A stretch of DNA of 64,000 nt from a virus (Duplodnaviria; Caudoviricetes): the IMG/VR virus record IMGVR_UViG_3300014590_000001, positions 1 to 64,000 of that record; one strand, written 5' to 3'. Made by a program: the position numbers and the translations under genes. Below are positions 40,924 to 48,277 of the stretch, piece after piece; position 1 is the stretch's first letter, and each line of letters starts with the position of its first letter. A model generated the notes under the pieces. That model had not been told where the DNA came from. It saw only the letters and a program-made list of their open reading frames with translations, and ran no database searches.

Positions 40924-41550
40924 ATGTACTTTGTTCGTAAACACGCTATGGTTATGTTTGTTGCACAAGCTCGTCTTCAAACAGTGAAAGCAGAAGTCAC
41001 TTTGAAAGGTGCGTCAGATATTGAGATCCATAATCTGTGGGCTGGCATTCAACAATCGCTGATCAATACTGTCTTCTCATTGCCTACTGAAGACGTGGAA
41101 AAAACAGGCGCATATATCGAAACAGATGCACACTCTTTCGTAAGCAACTGCGAAGTGAAGATTATTCCACGCGTCAAACGTCCGGAAAATGCTTCCTGCA
41201 TTTTGTGCTCTCTCGAAGAACATTTCAAAACTGATAAAGTTGATTTGGAATTCTTCGAAGAGAAAAATGATTTGGCGAATGAATACGGTCTGACATATTC
41301 AGCCAGTGTGTTCTGGATTGGCGCAGGTCGAATCCGTCCTAGCGTTCTGTATACCGACAAAGGCGAACTGGACAGGAAAACAATTCTTATCGGACGTGAA
41401 TCTGATATTAACGTGGTGTCCAACAATCATCCGGTGATCGCACATCGTTTCCCTGATGGGAATAACGCGAACGTACAAAACGATCAACTGTGCCGCAATA
41501 TGTTTGTGTTGGATAGCGGCATCGGGGAAACTGGCTATGCTTTTGATTAA
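40924..41550 (+). CDS. Hypothetical protein
   Basis: AAGGA RBS, operon-coupled. Confidence 0.5.
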   Translation: MYFVRKHAMVMFVAQARLQTVKAEVTLKGASDIEIHNLWAGIQQSLINTVFSLPTEDVEKTGAYIETDAHSFVSNCEVKIIPRVKRPENASCILCSLEEHFKTDKVDLEFFEEKNDLANEYGLTYSASVFWIGAGRIRPSVLYTDKGELDRKTILIGRESDINVVSNNHPVIAHRFPDGNNANVQNDQLCRNMFVLDSGIGETGYAFD

Positions 41551-41818
41551 AGTTTTCTGCTGCGAAGAAGTGACAGAAATCCATGCGCGGAATATCTTTG
41601 ATTTGGTTGTGCGTACCACGGCAGCAATGAATATCCCACACGGAAGCCACACACTTATTCTGCGTGGGAAGTTCGCAAATCAGGCAATCAAACAATTCGC
41701 GAAAGTTAACGTGAACTGGTCGCGCAAGAAAACGCGCACTAAGTACGGCGTTGCTATCGGAAAAGAAGTCGTTTCTGCTGGTGTGCAAATACTCTCTTGT
41801 CCGAACTCGCTAATTTGA
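41537..41818 (+). CDS. Hypothetical protein
   Basis: ATG 41537 after GGGGA, overlapping the previous stop. Confidence 0.45.
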   Translation: MLLIKVFCCEEVTEIHARNIFDLVVRTTAAMNIPHGSHTLILRGKFANQAIKQFAKVNVNWSRKKTRTKYGVAIGKEVVSAGVQILSCPNSLI

Positions 41819-41846
41819 TTAGGACAATTCGAATTAGGAGATAGTC

Positions 41847-42353
41847 ATGAAAACGTTTCCGGAAGTGTTTGGTTCAAACACTTTTGCTACTCAGATTGAG
41901 CCTAACTCGTTAGCGATTATGGTCGCGGCGGCAGGTTTCAATCTTACAGGCGCACGAAATATCATTGAAGATGCTCACCAATACAATGATAGCCGTGCTG
42001 CTATTATCGCTCAGTCATTCGCTGATTGTGCTAACTTCGTTCAGCGTTGCTATCGTCGTAATCCAAACGCACGTATCGAAATTCTTTCAACGTGTGAAGG
42101 TGGCGCTCCGTGTCATGCGGTTGTTGTAAGTCATTCAGGCGAAGTCATGTTTGACCCGAAAGCAAGTTCATTTGTTTATCGCATTGCCGATTACAAATAC
42201 GGATACGCATTCGGTGAATCAGTTGTTGATTTCGTTTCTGTTGGCAGATGCTCTCTTCGTGGCGCAGTCGATGAATTAACCAAAGCAGGTTTTTGGGTTG
42301 ATCGCGCTTGGGATTTGAAAGATCCAAAACCACGGGCGAACGATTATCTATGA
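41847..42353 (+). CDS. Hypothetical protein, possible papain/transglutaminase-like fold
   Basis: AGGAG RBS and CTAATTT upstream; 'DCANF'...'HAVV'...'MFDP' Cys-His-Asp order. Confidence 0.45.
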   Translation: MKTFPEVFGSNTFATQIEPNSLAIMVAAAGFNLTGARNIIEDAHQYNDSRAAIIAQSFADCANFVQRCYRRNPNARIEILSTCEGGAPCHAVVVSHSGEVMFDPKASSFVYRIADYKYGYAFGESVVDFVSVGRCSLRGAVDELTKAGFWVDRAWDLKDPKPRANDYL

Positions 42354-42802
42354 AAGTTTATCTCACTTTGGACGAGGGCGACGGGCGCAAGCCTCGCAAA
42401 CAAAGTGGCGTTATTCCATATCGCTGGACTGATGAAGGTGAATTGGAAATTTGCATGATTCGCACTAAACACGCAAAGAATTGGGGATTGCCGAAAGGCG
42501 GTAAAGAACCTGATTTATCTTTGGAAGCGTCTGCTCTTAAAGAGGCGATGGAAGAAGCTGGTTTGCGTGGTGTCCCAGGCAAAAAAGTTGCGAAGATGGA
42601 ATACGTTAAAGGCAGTACCGGACGATTGCAGAAAGTTACGTGGTTCCTGATGGAAGTGCGTGAAGAACTTTCGAATTATCTGGAAGTGCATCAACGTGAA
42701 CGCCGTTGGTTTACCGCTGAAAAAGCGCTCAAGAAAATTGATCGCGATTGGAAACCAATTCTCGAAGCCGCAATCAAGAAACTTGAGAACGGTGCGACGT
42801 AA
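42350..42802 (+). CDS. Nudix hydrolase (Ap6A/Ap4A-like subfamily)
   Basis: 'SGVIPYR', 'WGLPKGG.E.......A.KEAMEEAG' Nudix box, 'RERRWF'. Confidence 0.9.
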   Translation: MKVYLTLDEGDGRKPRKQSGVIPYRWTDEGELEICMIRTKHAKNWGLPKGGKEPDLSLEASALKEAMEEAGLRGVPGKKVAKMEYVKGSTGRLQKVTWFLMEVREELSNYLEVHQRERRWFTAEKALKKIDRDWKPILEAAIKKLENGAT

Positions 42803-42815
42803 AAGAAGAATCCGT

Positions 42816-43277
42816 ATGCCGTCGGTTGAATTCGTAAGTTTATCTCGTGGAGAGACAACTAAGTTTTTAACGGATGCAATCGTCGGCTACTGGATTGAGA
42901 AGGGATACAGCAACCATGTTGAGTTTGGATTAATCAAGCATGGAAATTTACGCGCTGATGTTTGGTCACTGAATACGAAATGCCAAACAGTTATCTCGGA
43001 GGTTAAAAGTAGTTGGGCTGACTTTTCTTCGGATAAGAAATGGCATAATTACTTTGAGTATAGTCATAAATTTTATTTCGTTATTTCTGAACGTTTGTTT
43101 GAAACTCATGGTGATAGGATTCAGTTACGAATCAAAGGAAGCGGCGCAGGTATTATCGTGGTTAGCCCGATGGGAAATGCGAAAGTTCGAAAGAACGCTG
43201 TAGCCAGAGAAGCCTCAAACAAAACCCTTTCCCGTCTTCTAATCCATGCTGCGTGGCGTGGTGGTAAATTCAGGTAA
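42816..43277 (+). CDS. MmcB-like PD-(D/E)xK DNA repair endonuclease
   Basis: 'RADV', 'EVKSSWADFSSDKKW..Y..Y...FYF', 'GAGII'. Confidence 0.8.
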   Translation: MPSVEFVSLSRGETTKFLTDAIVGYWIEKGYSNHVEFGLIKHGNLRADVWSLNTKCQTVISEVKSSWADFSSDKKWHNYFEYSHKFYFVISERLFETHGDRIQLRIKGSGAGIIVVSPMGNAKVRKNAVAREASNKTLSRLLIHAAWRGGKFR

Positions 43278-43281
43278 TAGA

Positions 43282-43875
43282 ATGAAAAAATATATCGTCC
43301 TCGAAGGGAATGAAGGTGTGGGAAAATCCACTACCGCCGAAATTTTAGAAGCGTCTTTGCGTCTTCGTGATCAAAACGTAATTCGTGTGCGCGAACCTGG
43401 GGCAACTCCGCTCGCTGAAAAACTTCGCGACATTGCACTGCACGATAAAAATCCTCGTTCGCCGCTTACGGAAATGATGATCTTCCTTGCAGCAAGAAGT
43501 TCACTGATGGATTTTCTTTCAGAATGTCAGGCAGATATTGCTATCTCTGATCGCGCATGGCCTTCGACTTACGCACTGCAAGTTAAAGATGATAAAACGC
43601 AAGTGTTGTTTGATCGCACGGTGAATCTTCTGCGCCCCGATGTTCAGGTAGTTACTATTCTGCTTACCTGCACTTACGAAACTTATATTGCCCGTCGTGG
43701 CGATAAGCGCGAAGGTAGCGACAACATTGAAGCGCGTATGGTTGATGCTGAAACCTATGAAATGTATCAGGATCGTTATCGCAATCTTCCAGGCGGTTAT
43801 GATTTAGTTCTCAGCACTGACGATACAACTCCAACCGAAATTGTCGGGGAGATTTTGAAATGGCTCTCAGCATAA
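43282..43875 (+). CDS. tmk: Thymidylate kinase
   Basis: 'IVLEG.EGVGKST', 'REPG', 'FLAAR', 'SDR..PST.A.Q', 'RPD'. Confidence 0.92.
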   Translation: MKKYIVLEGNEGVGKSTTAEILEASLRLRDQNVIRVREPGATPLAEKLRDIALHDKNPRSPLTEMMIFLAARSSLMDFLSECQADIAISDRAWPSTYALQVKDDKTQVLFDRTVNLLRPDVQVVTILLTCTYETYIARRGDKREGSDNIEARMVDAETYEMYQDRYRNLPGGYDLVLSTDDTTPTEIVGEILKWLSA

Positions 43876-44300
43876 AATATTTCGGAAAGCTCACGAAAGA
43901 ACAGCAACAAAAAATTCTGGATAAGATCGAATCCGATAACGCCCACATCCCGCAATTCAGTGAGAAGTTTCGCACGATGGCGATGTTCTCTGTAAAAGAA
44001 GCAATGAAGCAGCGCTCTGTAGATCTTTTTAACTTTGATAGCCGTGGCAGACACATGGCGGTCGGTTACAAAATTCTGGTGCGCAACAATCACTTCTATG
44101 CGGAACCGTGGGTGTGGGTTGTTAAGGATGCTGATAAAAATATTGGCATTGAGATAACAACTCTCGATCCGGAAAGTCTGTATTTCGGAACTTTCATCCC
44201 AAACAAACTCTTCCAAGTTTACGGCGCAAACGCATACAACGTTATGCTCGGTAATCTTCGTCTATTGCAGCAACATTCGATGCGCAGAATTTCTATATAA
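43860..44300 (+). CDS. Hypothetical protein
   Basis: GGGAG RBS, overlaps the tmk stop. Confidence 0.5.
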   Translation: MALSIKYFGKLTKEQQQKILDKIESDNAHIPQFSEKFRTMAMFSVKEAMKQRSVDLFNFDSRGRHMAVGYKILVRNNHFYAEPWVWVVKDADKNIGIEITTLDPESLYFGTFIPNKLFQVYGANAYNVMLGNLRLLQQHSMRRISI

Positions 44301-44309
44301 GGAACTGTC

Positions 44310-46091
44310 ATGCCACTTCTTCCTAAACAATCTCGAATGATTTCGGATCTCGGAATTTTTCCGCGCTCGATTTCAAAAGTCGGTAATCATTTTATCGGAC
44401 ACAACAATCGCGCTGCCTATGTTTGGCACAAAGGCGATATTCAGGAAATTTGTCCGGGCGATATTGTCCACCACGAAAGTCTTAGCGCTTCAGTTGTTGA
44501 GCGTATTTCCGGCCTGAATTTTGCTGGCACTCGCGACGACAATAAAGCCGTGTTCATGTCTGTGAGTAACAGTCTCCATCTTGATCTGGTTCCTGAAAAA
44601 CAAGAATCCATTTCATACGATATGCAGACTGCTCTGCTTGCTGCGCAAGAGTATGCAAAGAACAATCAACGCATTCACGATATTCTGGATATGTGTTCAG
44701 AAAGTGCTGCGCCAAAGTATCTGAAGTACACCGGAAAGAAACTTGCTGTTGATGACGCTTCCGATGAATACGATCTGGAACTGGAGAAAGGCGACTTAAT
44801 CAAGCTGACCTATCTCAACAAAGACCGTTACGATCTGCGCCTGAAAGACAGTCCTCGCATTCAGTTTATTGTTCGCGGTCATGAAATTGCGCAGAACATT
44901 ATGGGTGCGCTGGAATTCACTGCGCCGTTCGGTCAAATCTCCGATCAGAAAACAAATAAGTTCGAATACGTTGGCGAAATCAGCAAGAAACTTCTCGCGC
45001 CAAATATTGCGAAAGGCACTGTTATTCTTATGTCGCGTAAGAAACATTACTTCGCACATAACCTCGCTGTGCCAATTGAAAGCTGGATGAATTCACAAAC
45101 TCTTCGCGAAGTTATGAATAGCATTAAAGCAGGTAAAGAGCCTGTGAGCTATGTGAAAGGTAAAGCGATCAAAACAAGCGCGAAGATTGCGCCGATGGGT
45201 CAGGCAGAACCTCTGCCGAAACTGGCTAATCCGAAAAAACTTTCGAGCGCAGGACAGCCGCGAAACGTTGCAACTGTTTACGGTGCATTCTTCCCTGTGT
45301 CGTCCAGTACGCCGAATCGTAGCCGTGTTGTTTTTGCTGACTCGATGGCAAAACTTCAGACGTTAGTGCGTGATATTATTTCGACGTACACTACTCCGGT
45401 AGACTACAGCCTGTTCACCACGTTAAGCACTGACGAAAACTATAAAGCTGCATCAAAGAATAAAGTTGTTATCAAAACAACTCCAATTCTTGCCAGCACG
45501 TATCACGTTACGCAGACAGTTAAAATGGCTCCTGCCGTGCTGCATCCAACTTTCGTTGAACCGAAAACTGGTGTGCGTCCTATCGACTTCCCTGTGTATG
45601 AAGGACAAGAGCAAAAGGTTATCGAATTCTTCCGTCGTCAAATCGAAGAAGGTTTCTTTAACACTGGCGTTCGTTTAGCACATCCGCAACCGGACACTGG
45701 AATTCGTTTTAGCGCTCCGCAGATTGATGACGTTATTTACGATCAGATTATCGGTGTTGCTCGTCGCATTACTTCTTTCTTGCTGCATGAAGGTGTGCCT
45801 TTGAAGAAAGGCGGCGTATCGTTAGCGCGTGGTAAGAAAGCCGCAGAGATTCGTTTTAATCTGCCACCTGTTACGGGCGAACAGAAAGCAAGTATCGAAA
45901 AACTTGTTTCGGATTACCCAACTCTGAATGCTCCTATCTATGAGACAATCAGACCGAAACAGCCAACGGTAGAAATTCTCAGTGTTTCTATCCACACTGG
46001 TAAAGTTACTGCTCGTGCGCAGCGTGGCCCAAGTCTGTTCGGCAATCCGTTCGAAGTTCTTTATTCGAATGTTAAGCGAAAAAATTTCTAA
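44310..46091 (+). CDS. Probable internal head protein with S-x-S-rich N-terminal region
   Basis: AAGGA RBS; ESLSA, MSVSN, ESISY, CSESA in the first ~135 aa, then the 'YLKYTG...EKGDLI' module. Confidence 0.55.
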   Translation: MPLLPKQSRMISDLGIFPRSISKVGNHFIGHNNRAAYVWHKGDIQEICPGDIVHHESLSASVVERISGLNFAGTRDDNKAVFMSVSNSLHLDLVPEKQESISYDMQTALLAAQEYAKNNQRIHDILDMCSESAAPKYLKYTGKKLAVDDASDEYDLELEKGDLIKLTYLNKDRYDLRLKDSPRIQFIVRGHEIAQNIMGALEFTAPFGQISDQKTNKFEYVGEISKKLLAPNIAKGTVILMSRKKHYFAHNLAVPIESWMNSQTLREVMNSIKAGKEPVSYVKGKAIKTSAKIAPMGQAEPLPKLANPKKLSSAGQPRNVATVYGAFFPVSSSTPNRSRVVFADSMAKLQTLVRDIISTYTTPVDYSLFTTLSTDENYKAASKNKVVIKTTPILASTYHVTQTVKMAPAVLHPTFVEPKTGVRPIDFPVYEGQEQKVIEFFRRQIEEGFFNTGVRLAHPQPDTGIRFSAPQIDDVIYDQIIGVARRITSFLLHEGVPLKKGGVSLARGKKAAEIRFNLPPVTGEQKASIEKLVSDYPTLNAPIYETIRPKQPTVEILSVSIHTGKVTARAQRGPSLFGNPFEVLYSNVKRKNF

Positions 46092-46095
46092 GTAA

Positions 46096-46107
46096 ATCTG
46101 TAAATAG
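46096..46107 (+). promoter_or_regulatory. Candidate promoter motif ATCTGTAAATAG
   Basis: Identical 12-mer at 47795-47806, each at the head of a structured non-coding block; ATCTGTAAAG variants at 46205 and 46649. Confidence 0.5.
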
Positions 46108-47330
46108 TAATTATAGGTAGAGCGGAAATTCTATGACTTCTTGTTTCCGTTCTACCATAGAACCCTAGCCAGTTGGATATAAAAACTTTCTGTGAAGAAA
46201 CGATATCTGTAAAGTGGGTAATAACACTGGCAGCCATTCCATGTATAAGGCTCACAAGCCGCTTCCTACCTACAGGGGAATGAGTTAATGCAATCCACCT
46301 CGCTCTGGCGATGCGTTAACTGTTAGCTGACAGCGCGAAAGAATGCCGTTTAAACTTACACTTTCACTGTGAGTTTAAACGGGGAATCTTTCAGAACTCC
46401 CTGTCAATATGACGACAAAGTTTGCAAATGTCTTGCTGCATTTTTCATAAACTATTTTCTACTCTAGCGGATTCGTAACGGGAAGTAGTTTAGCGAACTT
46501 TGGGAATACGATTTAGTGAGTAACATAACATCCGCAGAATGAAGATAGACCCGCCTTAGTCTAGGCTTCGTTCCCTAGTTTGTTTAGACCTGATTCAGTG
46601 GGGAAACGGGAAACGAACTTTGTATAGATTCCGTATAATCATTTTGAAATCTGTAAAGTGATTATACTGGATCACTGTGCTGTTCCGGTGTTCCGGTGGT
46701 GTTGTAGTTGTCGTTCATATCTGCGCCATTGTGTTGTGCTGACTAGCGGTTGGCGAAAGCACTTCACTTAAAGTTTTAAACATTCGCTGAAGTTATCGGT
46801 GTCTCAACCCCCGCAGACCGTGGATAGATTCCTGTTCAGAAAATTTATTTTTAGTTCTCGGATAAATTTTCCCAGCAGCCCTTGCTAGGCCACGTAGAGT
46901 AAGTAGTTTCAAACCTATTTGAAGTTGGGAACGGGGAAACGAAAACTCTTTAGTCAAAAGCTCTTACTGTTGCATGGCTTCTGTCAAAACAAAATCAGAT
47001 CTTCAATTCCATTATTGGATTCGAGTATCCCTAAGCGGTGACTTCCGTATTCGAATCTTGTTAGTAGGAAGTTTAAATGTGGGTGCCTTTAGGTTCCATA
47101 GGATACCGTTCACGGTAAACAAATAACAGCCGCAGACCAAAGATCATGACTGCAATTTATGTTCTCCATAGCATAACTTTTGCGATACTCCTATGAGGCT
47201 TTGTTTTGAAACTTTTTAGACCTGCTTCAGTTGGGAATCGGGAAGAAGTTTCAAATTGTCGGACGAGATTGGAAAGACAACTCGTATTACGTTTTCCTCT
47301 CACATTAGCGTAATACGGGATGACACCAAT
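46108..47330 (+). ncRNA. Large structured non-coding RNA/leader containing three tandem pseudoknotted units
   Basis: 1.25 kb with no credible ORF in a gene-dense genome; many long stems whose mismatches are G.U on the + strand; conserved CTA(A)GCGG, CCGCAGA, AGGC, A[G/A]ACCT and GT[T/G]GGGAA(N)CGGG repeated three times. Confidence 0.7.
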
Positions 47331-47343
47331 TTGAGGAAACATC

Positions 47344-47601
47344 ATGTCGGGAAAAGATTTGGAATTTCCAAAAGGCGCACAAGGCGTAGTGCGCAAAGTA
47401 AATCCATTGACAACGTTCTTCATGCCTGAACGTTATCGTGATAACCCAGCGAAAGCTAAAGTTGCAGCGCAGTTTCAAACTCTCGCGTATGCTCTTGACC
47501 GCGATATTGAAGACAGCGCAGAAAAGAGTACAGCGATTCGCAAACTGATTGAAGCGCAAGATTGTATTTTCCGCGCAATCGATCTTAATCCTGATTTCTA
47601 A
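47344..47601 (+). CDS. Acb2/Tad1-like helical-hairpin protein (candidate immune-signal sponge)
   Basis: GAGGAAA RBS; 85 aa; 'P..FF....','F..LA..L','EKSTAIRKLIEAQDC..RAI...PDF' resembles the Acb2-family C-terminal helix (recalled, not searched). Confidence 0.6.
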   Translation: MSGKDLEFPKGAQGVVRKVNPLTTFFMPERYRDNPAKAKVAAQFQTLAYALDRDIEDSAEKSTAIRKLIEAQDCIFRAIDLNPDF

Positions 47602-47602
47602 A

Positions 47603-47776
47603 ATGCGCGAACCGCTCGAATATATTGATGTTGTAGTTGATACTGAGCGTATGAACGAGGCAATTAAATCTCCTTCATATAGTTTTCCACGAAGTTTAAC
47701 TCGCGAAGAAGTTTTGCAGTTTCTCGATGGACGAGCGCCTGTAAAAATTCTTACGCAGGAGAATAAAAATGCGTGA
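47603..47776 (+). CDS. Small hypothetical protein (57 aa)
   Basis: ATG one base after the previous stop; MREPLEYIDVVVDTERMNEAIKSPSYSFPRSLTREEVLQFL. Confidence 0.55.
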   Translation: MREPLEYIDVVVDTERMNEAIKSPSYSFPRSLTREEVLQFLDGRAPVKILTQENKNA

Positions 47777-47806
47777 TTGGTTTTACGGCGGTTAATCTGT
47801 AAATAG

Positions 47807-48277
47807 AATTTGTGGTAACACAAATAGGCATAAGGAACTCTGAGAGTGAAAGAACTCTATCTTCTTATGTCGCTACTGATGTGCTTGTGGCAAGCGAGTA
47901 GATCAGGCATTGTAAAACAATGTGCGAGCACACCGGAAACGCTCGCGTCCAGCACTGCCGTGGTGTACGGCTATGCGCACGTTCGGGGGATGTGGGACAG
48001 CGACAAACACTTGCCAAGATGAAAATTTAAATTTGATTGCGGTACTGGCGGGTAACTCCGCTTATTCGGACAAGCAAAATTTCAGACGTGAGATTTTGTG
48101 CCGCCTCCAAATGGCGCGGCGATTCTGTCGGATGCAACACGGCGAACAACTGCTTTTCTTTGCCCAAGCTATATACCGATTGCTGCGCCGTTATTCTATA
48201 GGCTGCGCGTCAAACCTTTTAAAATCCGCATGAAAAATTTGATACGAAAACGGGTGGCCTTTGTGCTGCCCGTTTTT
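47807..48277 (+). ncRNA. Second structured non-coding RNA (~470 nt)
   Basis: Starts right after ATCTGTAAATAG, ends in a terminator; near-continuous series of hairpins; overlapping ORFs lack an RBS. Confidence 0.65.
48247..48277 (+). terminator. Rho-independent terminator
   Basis: AAAACGGGTGGC-ctttgt-GCTGCCCGTTTTT. Confidence 0.85.

Noticed and set aside
46416-47255. CRISPR array or mini-array
   Set aside because: Conserved blocks are short, degenerate and ~300 nt apart, embedded in variable stems; no repeat-spacer geometry and no cas genes.
46460-47255. Group I intron or cobalamin riboswitch (GCGG/CCGCAG resembles P4; CCCCGCA, AGACCTG and GGGAA resemble B12 elements)
   Set aside because: No P7 R/S pair and no interrupted gene; the B12-like words are in the wrong order and the rest of the core is missing. 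Should still be checked with cmscan.
47873-47901. Hammerhead ribozyme (CTGATG-stem-GA)
   Set aside because: Core reads CUGAUGU...GAGU instead of CUGANGA...GAAA, and no stem I/III with a cleavage triplet was found.
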